Shown: positions 31,826-40,828 of the stretch, piece by piece
Layout: every line of letters starts with the position of its first letter
Numbering within the stretch: position 1 is the first letter of the stretch
Origin: an uncultured Chloroflexia bacterium
GTDB lineage: Bacteria > Chloroflexota > Anaerolineae > JAAYZQ01
Direction: 5' to 3'
Length of the DNA stretch: 64,000 nt
NCBI GenBank assembly: GCA_963700285.1
Contig: CAVOXA010000010.1
Location: forward strand, 1,152,001 to 1,216,000
Notes under the pieces: model-generated
Databases searched by the model: none
What the model was told of the DNA's origin: nothing
Seen by the model: the letters and a program-made list of their open reading frames with translations, nothing else
Program-made: the position numbers and the translations under genes

Positions 31826-32797
31826 TTACAGTCCAAGTCCGTAACAAGCAGCACCAAAAAGCGCTGTCCTGTCATTGAGAATGACGTACACCGGTATCTG
31901 GGCCAACAGATCGGCAAACCGCCCCTTGTTGACAAAGGAAGCCATAAAGGTCCCATCTTTCAGCTTGGCCAAGATCTTGGGTGGAATACCCCCGCCGAGA
32001 TAGACGCCGCCGGTGGCCATGACCTTTAGGGCCAGGTTGCCCGCTTCTGAACCCAGGATAGAGACAAAGGTGTTGAGGGTGGCGATACTCAGATCGCACT
32101 CACCATCCATCGCTTTCTGGACGATGACGGGTGTTGGATCTGCGGCCTTGCGCAGCGCCTTTTTCATCTCTGGCGATTCCTCGGCAAAGCGCTGCTTCTT
32201 GAGAAAAGCATAGATATTGGGCAGACCCTTGCCTGAGCAGACCCGTTCATAACTTACGTGGCCGAACTTGCCCATCAGGTAGCGCAGCAACCGGATCTCC
32301 AGCAGGTTGGTCGGGGCAAAGTCGGCGTGTCCTCCCTCTGAGGGGATTACGTAAAAGTTGCCGCCCCGATCACAAAGGACAGCCTCGCCCAACCCGGTTC
32401 CGGGCGCAAGAACCACCTTCGTGCCGATTCCGGGAGACGCGTCGTTGAGGGGAAAAAGGTCTTCCTCCGGCAGATTCGGCACCCCATAGGCCGTTGCCTC
32501 CAGGTCATTGAGCAGCTTGACAGAGCCAAGGCCAAGTGACTCCTGCAGGATTGGCTCGCTAATACTCCAGGGCAGGTTGGTAGCATCCGCCCTGCCCTGG
32601 ACCACCGGCCCGGCCACACCAAACACGGCTTTGTCTATCGAGGCACCCGCGTCCGCCAGAAACTCGGCAACGACGGATCCCAGATCAGCATAGTCTGCAC
32701 TCTTGAAGGTAGCCTGCGCCAGGGGGATGAGCCTATCCTCGGGCGAAAAGAGAGCCAGGTTGGTTTTGGTACCACCGATGTCGCCAGCAAGCAGCAT
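31826..32797 (-). CDS. glk: Glucokinase
   Basis: LAGDIGGTKT, GVAGPV, LLNDLEA, GTGLG, SEGGH, SYERVCSG. Confidence 0.93.
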   Translation of the reverse strand: MLLAGDIGGTKTNLALFSPEDRLIPLAQATFKSADYADLGSVVAEFLADAGASIDKAVFGVAGPVVQGRADATNLPWSISEPILQESLGLGSVKLLNDLEATAYGVPNLPEEDLFPLNDASPGIGTKVVLAPGTGLGEAVLCDRGGNFYVIPSEGGHADFAPTNLLEIRLLRYLMGKFGHVSYERVCSGKGLPNIYAFLKKQRFAEESPEMKKALRKAADPTPVIVQKAMDGECDLSIATLNTFVSILGSEAGNLALKVMATGGVYLGGGIPPKILAKLKDGTFMASFVNKGRFADLLAQIPVYVILNDRTALFGAACYGLGL

Positions 32798-32909
32798 CTC
32801 TGCACACTCCTTACTACCTTGTGAGGTACAATCCCTTGAGGCCAGATTATTATGATTAGGATAGCACAAAATCGGCTTTTTGTCAATTTCTACCTTGGAC
32901 CGGCAGGAG

Positions 32910-33764
32910 CTAGATAGAGCCAGCTCCCCACTCCTGGCTCAAGGTCGGCGCGCTGACCTCGAACACCCTTGCGGCGAAGGCCAGAAGGCGCGCCTCGGCG
33001 CCCCCGTCTCCCACCAATGCCTCGTAGGGCAAGATCGCGCCCTGCCAGCCCTCCGTGTGCCAGCTGGCCCCCTCGGGCAGCGCCTCGCCCAACAGGGCAG
33101 CCCCCTCAAAGGGCCAGGGATTGCTGTAGAAATAGGGAGCGACGTCAGGGCTGCCAGGATAGAAGCCCAGATTGAGCTGGGCAGGGATCTGTTGCACCTC
33201 GCCCTGCTCCTCGTGCTCCTGGACACGAGTTCCAAACCACTCGAAGGCCAGGTCAAAGCCATGGGGCCAGAGTTGGACCGGGCCGATCTCGCCGCTCAAT
33301 GTGGCCCGATGCGCCTTGAAAATCCGATCTGCGTTTACCAGGACCGTAAGGAATCTGCTCGCCTGGGCTGGATCGTATTCGCGCGGATCGTCATTTTCGA
33401 ACTTGGATCGATCAACCTCACCCCGCAGGCCCAGCCTGCCCACAGCACCCAGAACGTCATCGGCCAGCGCAGTCGACGGTCTGCCATCCAGCAGGCTGAA
33501 CGCATCTGCCTCCTGGCCATCGACCAGGAGGAGGATCTTGTGTTCCACCAGATCCATCTTTAGGCAGAGTTCACCACCATCTGGCAGTGTCACCTTGTCG
33601 GTGATCAGACCGTCCGGCAGTACCTTCAAGCTGATGTGCCACCACTTGGGATGGAACTCGCCATGAATTCGCGGCACAACCGAGATGACACGGCTATAGA
33701 GCTGCAGGGTCTCGCGCGTCGGTTCAAAACCCGCCAATGGCGGGAAATCGATTTCATCTAACAT
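32910..33764 (-). CDS. Conserved hypothetical protein (DUF5996-like)
   Basis: WWHISL, PVQLWPHGFDLA, LGFYPG, PYFYSNPWP. Confidence 0.6.
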   Translation of the reverse strand: MLDEIDFPPLAGFEPTRETLQLYSRVISVVPRIHGEFHPKWWHISLKVLPDGLITDKVTLPDGGELCLKMDLVEHKILLLVDGQEADAFSLLDGRPSTALADDVLGAVGRLGLRGEVDRSKFENDDPREYDPAQASRFLTVLVNADRIFKAHRATLSGEIGPVQLWPHGFDLAFEWFGTRVQEHEEQGEVQQIPAQLNLGFYPGSPDVAPYFYSNPWPFEGAALLGEALPEGASWHTEGWQGAILPYEALVGDGGAEARLLAFAARVFEVSAPTLSQEWGAGSI

Positions 33765-33890
33765 AACAGAGACTCCATGATGTTTGCGGCTGCCAAAAAA
33801 GTGTCCAGCCGGGAAGAACGGGCTCGGGGGCACAAAGAAGGCAGGAGGCTATAAGCCCGCTGCTTGTCACCTGCTGAGGAACAGATGAGA

Positions 33891-34193
33891 TTAACTGACA
33901 GCGCTCACCGCTGCCAAAAGAGCCTCAAACTCCTCACGGCATTCGCTGCAGCGGTTCAGGTGATCCTGCACCAAGGGCATTGCCTGGGCAGCATCTTTGC
34001 CGGCCAGCGACATATCCACAAACTGGTCCATCTGTTCAAAGCACTCGGCGCAGCCGATCTCATCCGGACGGGTCGTAGCAATTCCCCTGGCCATCTGCTT
34101 GAGCAGGTCCGGATCGAGCCCCGTAACTGAGGCAGCCGGCTCGGCGCCGAGGATCATATTTTTGAGCGACTGCCAGTTCAGCTTCATGCCCAT
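33891..34193 (-). CDS. Zinc-binding anti-sigma-like small protein
   Basis: CAEC and HLNRCSEC (HxxxCxxC) directly downstream of the ECF sigma. Confidence 0.7.
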   Translation of the reverse strand: MGMKLNWQSLKNMILGAEPAASVTGLDPDLLKQMARGIATTRPDEIGCAECFEQMDQFVDMSLAGKDAAQAMPLVQDHLNRCSECREEFEALLAAVSAVS

Positions 34194-34241
34194 TCCCTTC
34201 TCTGTATCTTCTGTATCTGGACGCAGGGGCCGCAGCAGGTC

Positions 34242-34865
34242 TTACCCCGATGTCCCAAAAGCGGACAATACCTCTTTCGGCGTCAAGCCCTCTGCTTCCA
34301 TCTTGCTCTTGAGCCTCTGGCGCGCATCGTGGAGCAGTTTGTAGAGTGCATTCCGGTTCATTCCCATCCGGCGAGCGACCTCCTCCAAGGGCATGCCCTG
34401 GACCCGCACCGCAACCAGGGCATGGCGCTGTTTGTCGGTTAGTTCGGTAGCAATGAATCGCTGCAGGGTCTCCAAAAAGATCCGCTGCGTGGCCTGCTGG
34501 TCCGGCCCGGCCGAGGGATCGATCATCATTTCGGGCACAAAGTCCAGGTCGTGGGCCTCGATGATACCATCCAGGGACACGTCCTGCCAGCGGCGCCGGC
34601 GCAATTCGGTAAAGGCCACGCGCACGACAATCTTTTGCGCCCAGGTGGTGAACTTGCTTTCGCCGCGAAAGGTATCCAGCGCATTCAGGATCTTGAGGAG
34701 GGCATCCTGCACAAAATCCTCGATGAGGCTATCGTCGACGTTTGAGGAGCTGGCCAGGGAATAACGCAATCCGCGCACCAGAAAAGCGCGGAGATCGGCA
34801 AGGGCCGCCGATTGCTCCGGCCCTTGCAGGTCGGCCAGCCATTCTTGATTGGAACGTTCCCGCAT
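34242..34865 (-). CDS. ECF RNA polymerase sigma factor
   Basis: EDFVQDALL, FRGESKFTTW, region 4 EEVARRMG..LYKLLHDARQRL. Confidence 0.92.
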   Translation of the reverse strand: MRERSNQEWLADLQGPEQSAALADLRAFLVRGLRYSLASSSNVDDSLIEDFVQDALLKILNALDTFRGESKFTTWAQKIVVRVAFTELRRRRWQDVSLDGIIEAHDLDFVPEMMIDPSAGPDQQATQRIFLETLQRFIATELTDKQRHALVAVRVQGMPLEEVARRMGMNRNALYKLLHDARQRLKSKMEAEGLTPKEVLSAFGTSG

Positions 34866-35036
34866 AGCGCAAGCTCCCTCCAAATAGCTCACCACATTAT
34901 AGCATCTACTTTGTCACCCGACAATACGGGTGATCGCAGAATTCGGCATGGCACAAGGATGAAACTACAGCAGCCAGTGTTCGTATAGGGGCATGGTAGA
35001 AAAGAAGACTCAGAGAGCAAGAGAGGGGGTACAATT

Positions 35037-35582
35037 GTGGTAGATCGTATCGTTCGTGCCATTCGGCTGGATTGGACCGTATTTCGCGAGATCGCGCAAG
35101 ACCGGGAGGCGATGAAGCAGGCGGCCATCATCGTCGTTGTGGTCAGTTTTCTGGCAGCCCTGGGAGGCGCTGGAACCCAGCTCATAGCCCAAGTTGATGC
35201 AGGCGCCGCCTTCTTTGGCTTTTTCGTCGACTGGATGGTCAACGGCATCCTCATCGGCTGGATCGGCTGGTCGATCCTGACCTACCTGGTCGGGACACTC
35301 CTGTTCAAGGGCCAGTCCGACATTCAGGAGATGATGCGTGTTCTGGGCTTTGCCAGCGCCCCGAGGCTCTTGGGGCTCCTGGGCTTTTTGCCCTGCATTG
35401 GGTGGATCTTTCCTTTTGTAGGCATGATCCTGGCACTGATCGCCGGGGTCATTGCCATCCGCGAGGCCATGGATTTCGATACAGGGAAGGCCATCATCAC
35501 CGTCGTGATCAGTTGGGGGGTGTCCATCTTGACAGCCCTGCTCATCAGAGGCATATTCGACCTGGCATTTGGGCTGCTGTAG
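35037..35582 (+). CDS. Yip1-family membrane protein
   Basis: About 5 TM segments, RVLGFASAP, IAIREA. Confidence 0.7.
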   Translation: MVDRIVRAIRLDWTVFREIAQDREAMKQAAIIVVVVSFLAALGGAGTQLIAQVDAGAAFFGFFVDWMVNGILIGWIGWSILTYLVGTLLFKGQSDIQEMMRVLGFASAPRLLGLLGFLPCIGWIFPFVGMILALIAGVIAIREAMDFDTGKAIITVVISWGVSILTALLIRGIFDLAFGLL

Positions 35583-35599
35583 GGCAGGGGGGGCTGGCC

Positions 35600-35864
35600 T
35601 GTCACCGAGCAATTGAAATCACCAAGAATCCTCACCATCAGGGAGTTAGAGATCGTCATAGCCCCGGTTCGCCGAGCAATCTCTATCGTGTCCCCCGCGT
35701 GGTCGCCATGGCCGTGCGAGACGAGGATATAGTCGGCCTCGACCTCATCGGCGCTGACATCCTCCAGAGCATTCCCATTGAGGAAAGGGTCGAGCAACAA
35801 CTCTGTCTCCCACAGAAACGCCAAAGCAGGCATGGCCGTGGTACGTAAGCTCTACAACAGACAT
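35600..35864 (-). pseudogene. Truncated metallo-beta-lactamase-fold hydrolase (UPF0173-like)
   Basis: LTYHGHACF, then LLLDPFLNGN, ILVSHGHGDH in another frame; only about 90 codons before the convergent Yip1 gene. Confidence 0.7.
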
Positions 35865-36029
35865 GGACTCACCTCCAGAGTAGAATTCGGCTGAGAGTGG
35901 ACTATACCATAGTCTAACTTTACTTGACAAGGGGTTGCGTTTGGGATAGGATTGCTCGACGTGCAAAAGATACCACCTGCCCTGTCACGGGGCATGTCTA
36001 TCGTCTTTGTTGGGATACGATTGCTTGAT

Positions 36030-36947
36030 ATGAAAAAGCTGCTTCCAGCCCTCTCGCGGGGCATGCTAGTCTTGGGGTTCGTACTCATCCTAGCTGGTTT
36101 GGGATGGGGCATCTGGACGCGCCTCAACGCACCGCCGCCGCCCGTCATCAGCGACCAGGGAGCCATCGTGCTGGCTATCACCGCGCCTATCCGACCCACG
36201 GATACCGGGCCTGAGCCTGAAGCAGCTCTGCCAACTGCGCCAGAGCCAACCAGGGCAGCCCCCACAAATACCCTGACACCATTTCCAACCCAAACACCGC
36301 CAGATAGTGGGGCGACACCAGCTCTGCTGCCCTCGTTCCCTGATGCCACAAGTACCGCAGATCCGGCGCCAACAGCGACACCGACGGCACAACCACCCGA
36401 GAACACACCCCGGCCTACGGCAACGCCTACGCCGACACCCACCCTGCCGCCCATGGCCGAGGAGCCGCCTTCACGTATCGTAGCGCCAACAATCAAAATG
36501 GATGCAAAAGTCGTGCCCATGGCGTGGGAGATGGTGGATCAGAACGGCACACTGGTGCCTGAATGGGTTGTGCCCAAGAACGCCGCCGGCTGGCACATAA
36601 ACTCGGCGCTGCCCGGACACCAGGAGAACGTGGTCGTCTCAGGACACCATAACATCGATGGCAAGGTTTTTCGCTACGTGGTGGATCTAAACATGGGCGA
36701 CGAGATCACGATATACGCTGGCGAAACCCCCTACACCTATACCGTCACCGAAAAGTATATCCTGAAAGAGGCGGGGATGCCCCTGAACGTGCGCAAGCAA
36801 AACGCCCAGTGGATCATGCCTGGCGGCGAGGAAAAGCTAACGCTGGTCACCTGCTGGCCCTATGAATATCCGGGCAATTCTCACCGCGTGATCGTCGTGG
36901 CCAGGCCAGAAGGCTATACGAACCCCGACGAGCCGACACGTCAATAG
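36030..36947 (+). CDS. Sortase with Pro/Thr-rich linker
   Basis: N-terminal TM, SGHHN, LTLVTCWP, SHRVIV (His/Cys/Arg triad). Confidence 0.88.
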   Translation: MKKLLPALSRGMLVLGFVLILAGLGWGIWTRLNAPPPPVISDQGAIVLAITAPIRPTDTGPEPEAALPTAPEPTRAAPTNTLTPFPTQTPPDSGATPALLPSFPDATSTADPAPTATPTAQPPENTPRPTATPTPTPTLPPMAEEPPSRIVAPTIKMDAKVVPMAWEMVDQNGTLVPEWVVPKNAAGWHINSALPGHQENVVVSGHHNIDGKVFRYVVDLNMGDEITIYAGETPYTYTVTEKYILKEAGMPLNVRKQNAQWIMPGGEEKLTLVTCWPYEYPGNSHRVIVVARPEGYTNPDEPTRQ

Positions 36948-36992
36948 CGCCACCCTGCTCAAGAGCAGGTCAGGTATCGCCCCTTGTGAGAC

Positions 36993-37232
36993 TCAAAGCT
37001 CATCTTCCTTGACCCACAGTTCCAGGAGGGTCAGGATCAGCCACAGCAGGCCAAAGATGCCGGCACCCCCCAACAAACAGGCGACGGCCGTAACCGCCGC
37101 AGTGCCGCCATAGATCAACCATACCAGACCGCCGCCAATCCCCAGCATGACCAGCAAGCCGCCAATGACAAGCCTGGACTGTGTCTGCCGTCGATGTCGA
37201 TTGGTATTGAACGAACGAGACTGCTTCCTCAT
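36993..37232 (-). CDS. Small 2-TM membrane protein
   Basis: Basic N-terminus followed by two hydrophobic helices. Confidence 0.65.
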   Translation of the reverse strand: MRKQSRSFNTNRHRRQTQSRLVIGGLLVMLGIGGGLVWLIYGGTAAVTAVACLLGGAGIFGLLWLILTLLELWVKEDEL

Positions 37233-37339
37233 ATCTGAATCCTGCTTTCGCGCGCCCTCCTACCCCAGCTCCGCCCTTCCCTGTAGGATCCAGGACATTG
37301 CTTCCAGGGAGTCACACTCCACGGGGAAGGACTTTTCCA

Positions 37340-37650
37340 GCGCTGCCTGTGGATAACTTGGGAAAACCTGTGGAAAACCCAATGCGTTTGTGGACAATAC
37401 GGTCCGTTTTGAGTCTTTCCCCCTGGCTCTGCAACCAACTGTCCGTTTCCCGTACTTTCCCCAGATCTCATCCACACCCGATGGGGACAGACGGAACCCA
37501 GGGATAGTAGTTGGAAGAGCGGCACCCACAAGGGACAGCAAGCTGGCGCCCAGCACAGGGCATTATCCACATATAAACAAGGCCTACTAGTGCTACTATA
37601 TCTAGATATACTAAAGGGAAAGAATATATGATAGAGGAAAAACCCACAGT
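37340..37650. other. oriC: Probable chromosomal replication origin (oriC)
   Basis: DnaA boxes at 37348-56 and 37563-71 (TTATCCACA), 37369-77, 37389-97, 37468-76; box followed by GGCC-TACTAGTGCTACTAT trios and an AT-rich tract. Confidence 0.75.
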
Positions 37651-37702
37651 GCAAAACTATGACATTGAACATCACTGGACCCATGTATAGGCTTTGCCTT
37701 CT

Positions 37703-38764
37703 CTAGTTACCAATTCTGTTGTCCCAGACACGATCTTGATTGGCTTGCATCTTTTCCCGGTAGGCTTTGTCCAGATTAACTCCTGTATAGTTGGCCAACT
37801 TGAGCAGGTAGGCCATGCAATCTGCCAGTTCTGAGGCCAACGCTTTCTGCCTGTCACCAAGAGCGTGCTGGAGAGCTTGTGCTGCGGGCTGACCCGCTGC
37901 TACCCTTGCCTCCTGGGCCCTCCACAGTTTCGCCAGTTCACTGCCCAGTTCCCCCATTTCTTCGCCCAAGCATAGATAGTTAAAATACACGTTGGTGTTG
38001 AACCCTTTTGCCCTGTCCAGTTCGACGTGGAGTTCTTGGTATTCTCGCAATTGTCCTTCCTGGGGTTTCTGACTGGGGGCGGGAGCAGAGACCTCGAACT
38101 CTGGCAAGGAACGTTGAAAGGTCCCTTGCTGTAGCCCGCTGTTTATTCGTTCCAGGATCGATTGAAAATCGCTTGTCCGGGTAATGATGTTGAGCTGGTT
38201 GGTATCAATCGCCAGAACTTGCGAATCGGTGTATTCAAAAAAGAACTGTTCGTAAACCTGTCTCAGCTCGTTGATATAGGCTCGATCCATGTCTCGCTCG
38301 TAGGTCCGGTCACGCTGGGTGATCCTATCCATCAGGACATCGGTATCGGCCTGCAAATAGACGATCAGGTCTGCTGCCGGAATATGATCGGCCAGCGCTT
38401 TGTGAACTTGCTGATAGACCTCCCACTCGTCGCCCTTCAAGTTCAGGCGGGCAAACAACCTGTCCTTGTCAAACATATAGTCCATGACAAGCGCCCCTTG
38501 GTTCAGAAGAGGAGGCACCTGCTGCTGCTGACGGTATCGACTGAGCAGGAAAAACATCTGTGTTTGAAACGCATAGCGATCGCGATCTCGGTAGAAATCG
38601 GCAAGAAAAGGGTTCTCCTCAAAGACTTCCAGCAGGAGACCAGCGTGATAGTGATCTCTCAGCATCCGGGCAAGGGTCGTTTTGCCCACGCCGATGGCGC
38701 CCTCGATGATGATATGCCATGACCTGTTCGTGGTGGTTATCAAGGGATTTTCCTCCTCGGGCAC
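37703..38764 (-). CDS. Deoxynucleoside kinase fused to MazG-like pyrophosphohydrolase
   Basis: EGAIGVGKTT, NPFLADFY, RDRTYE; C-terminal EEMGEL...ELADC..LLKLAN. Confidence 0.85.
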   Translation of the reverse strand: MPEEENPLITTTNRSWHIIIEGAIGVGKTTLARMLRDHYHAGLLLEVFEENPFLADFYRDRDRYAFQTQMFFLLSRYRQQQQVPPLLNQGALVMDYMFDKDRLFARLNLKGDEWEVYQQVHKALADHIPAADLIVYLQADTDVLMDRITQRDRTYERDMDRAYINELRQVYEQFFFEYTDSQVLAIDTNQLNIITRTSDFQSILERINSGLQQGTFQRSLPEFEVSAPAPSQKPQEGQLREYQELHVELDRAKGFNTNVYFNYLCLGEEMGELGSELAKLWRAQEARVAAGQPAAQALQHALGDRQKALASELADCMAYLLKLANYTGVNLDKAYREKMQANQDRVWDNRIGN

Positions 38765-38804
38765 GTGCTTTCGGGCCCCATCAGCTAGATTGCATGTCTC
38801 TGCA

Positions 38805-40397
38805 TCAGTTCCCGCTTTCCCATCTGGTCTTGATCCGGACTCGATAAACAGAATCTTGCCCTTCCTGCGGAAAGTCAAACCACTCTTCCCATGGTGCGGC
38901 AGGATCTGTGGCATAGATCGGCCTGCGCATGAAATTGCTCGTGATCAGGTCGCGAACCAGGTCATTCGTTGTTACGTCCGCGCCATGCGGTTCGTTCAGT
39001 ACAAGGTCCGGGTATAAATGCCGTACCAGCTCGCGGTACCAGATATAGGCCAGGAGCGGCCCGCTGACCACGGCCACGTCGGGTCGCTGCTCTTCGGCAT
39101 AGACGGCATACCACAGGGCAAAAGTGGGGCCATCGCCCCGGACAACCACCAATCCCTCCGGGCCCACGCCCTCCAGTACCTGCTGGATGTAGGTATGGAC
39201 CGATAGATCGTCGCTCAGATCGGCCTCTTGCCAGTTCAGGGCAAGGGACAGAAAAGGCAGGGCAAGAATCACAATCAGCGCCAGGTTCTGCCATCCTGTT
39301 TGCAGGCGCCGGGTCAGGCTCAGCAGGTAGCGGGCTCCTTCACCCCACCAGAGAGCCAGCAGTAGGAAGGGCGGCAGCAGATAGACGTGGGAGTCCCCGG
39401 TATCATAGAAAAAGGCATAGATGCCAACGATCAGCATCCAGACCAGACAAAAGATGGCAAATCGCCTGTCTCGCTGCCACCAGCTCCATCCGCCAATGAG
39501 GGTGATGGCCAGGCCCCACCATCCGAACTGGCTGCCCAACAGCAGCGCCCAATTTCCGATCCTTCCGGGGATATCCCCAGGATCAAGGCCAAACGCGAAT
39601 ACCTGGTACTGTTCGGCTGTGACTACCCACTTGAATTGGTCCCAGGTCTGGGGATTGCCCCAGTTGACTGGGGGGTAGCTTCTTGCCGCCAATGGCAGAT
39701 AGGCATAGACCGCCAATCCCAAGAAAAAGAAGACAATGGCCGGGAGCAAGGTCCGCGGGCCAAGGATTCTCTTCCCCTCTGTACGAATTCTCCCCCAGAT
39801 CAGAAACAGAGCTGCCGGAAGGGCCAAGGCCAGGGTCAGGTGGTTGCCTAGCCCCAGTCCCACGACAAAGGCCGCCAGCCAGAAGGCCCGGTCGCCGCTG
39901 CCCTCCCGCCAGCGGACCAAAAGCCAGAGAAAAAGGGCCGCAAAGAACGCTAGCAGCGCATAGACCTCGGCGATCACGGCTTGTGACCAAAAAAGGAGGG
40001 AGAAGGCGTAAGTCAGCGCGGTGGCTGCCGATAGGGGCAAGGTGTAGCGGTCATCAGGGAGCAGGTGTTGCGTTGTACGACACAGGAACCCTACGGCGCC
40101 GGCAGCGAAAATCGCTGACAGGAGGTTTACTCGATAGGCGATGGTACCCACCGGCAGGTTGCTGAACAGCCAGGCCAGCAGCGTATAGGTCGGATAGCCG
40201 GTGGGATGTGGCACTCCCAGCGTCCGGGCCGCCGTGATCAGGTCTCCGCTGTCGGTACCGTGGTTCTCGAAAGTGAGCCCTGGGGCCAGGGTGGACAGAT
40301 AGACTGCCAAAGTTATTATCGCTACGCCTACGGCCAGCCACCGGCCCTGGCGGTCGCGGGGGTGAGAAAGCTGTATAGCATTAAGCCGAGTTGCTAT
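38805..40397 (-). CDS. DUF2723 / TMEM260-like GT-C membrane glycosyltransferase
   Basis: DSGDL, GVPHPTGYP, AEVY, GNHLT, VNWGNP; many TMs; frame open up to an ATA at 40397 with GAGGAGG RBS (ORF track starts at TTG 40310). Confidence 0.82.
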   Translation of the reverse strand: MATRLNAIQLSHPRDRQGRWLAVGVAIITLAVYLSTLAPGLTFENHGTDSGDLITAARTLGVPHPTGYPTYTLLAWLFSNLPVGTIAYRVNLLSAIFAAGAVGFLCRTTQHLLPDDRYTLPLSAATALTYAFSLLFWSQAVIAEVYALLAFFAALFLWLLVRWREGSGDRAFWLAAFVVGLGLGNHLTLALALPAALFLIWGRIRTEGKRILGPRTLLPAIVFFFLGLAVYAYLPLAARSYPPVNWGNPQTWDQFKWVVTAEQYQVFAFGLDPGDIPGRIGNWALLLGSQFGWWGLAITLIGGWSWWQRDRRFAIFCLVWMLIVGIYAFFYDTGDSHVYLLPPFLLLALWWGEGARYLLSLTRRLQTGWQNLALIVILALPFLSLALNWQEADLSDDLSVHTYIQQVLEGVGPEGLVVVRGDGPTFALWYAVYAEEQRPDVAVVSGPLLAYIWYRELVRHLYPDLVLNEPHGADVTTNDLVRDLITSNFMRRPIYATDPAAPWEEWFDFPQEGQDSVYRVRIKTRWESGN

Positions 40398-40535
40398 GGA
40401 TCCCTCCTCATTGATCTGCTGCCGGCGGTCTGCATCCTTGCACTCCCTCCCTGTGAAACTATAGCCGATCCGGGTAGGCTTGTCAAATGCCGGTGGTCTG
40501 ACTCTTGGGGCTGGCTAAACGTGATCTCAATTGCG

Positions 40536-40564
40536 TTGACCGAATCCTACCTATATGGTATACT
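40536..40564 (+). promoter_or_regulatory. sigma70-type promoter
   Basis: TTGACC-N17-TATACT with extended TG. Confidence 0.7.
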
Positions 40565-40746
40565 TGTAGGCACAGGGGGATGTCATGAACGCTTTCCACG
40601 CCCTCCGCAAGATGTGTTGTACCCCAGCCAGTATGGGACCAGTTCCTGTCGATCTGGTTTCACGGCGAAAGGCTCTTGTCCTTCTCTTTGGTTGTCACTA
40701 CCTCGTTCATGGTCGGAACCTGTTCCCAGCGGCTTTTCATACACGA
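40565..40746 (+). ncRNA. Structured leader, divergent copy A
   Basis: Shares AGGGG..TGTCA.GAA, GTCAC..TTCAT.GTCG.AA, TTCCC, TCATACACG blocks with copies B and C; GUCAUGAACG/CGUUCAUGGU 10-bp helix. Confidence 0.5.
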
Positions 40747-40828
40747 TGGGTTGAAAAGGAGCTGGTTGTGACTTCGGGCCGGTGAGTCCCGTCTTCGGCC
40801 TCTCATACATCTCAAAAGGTAGGTACTG

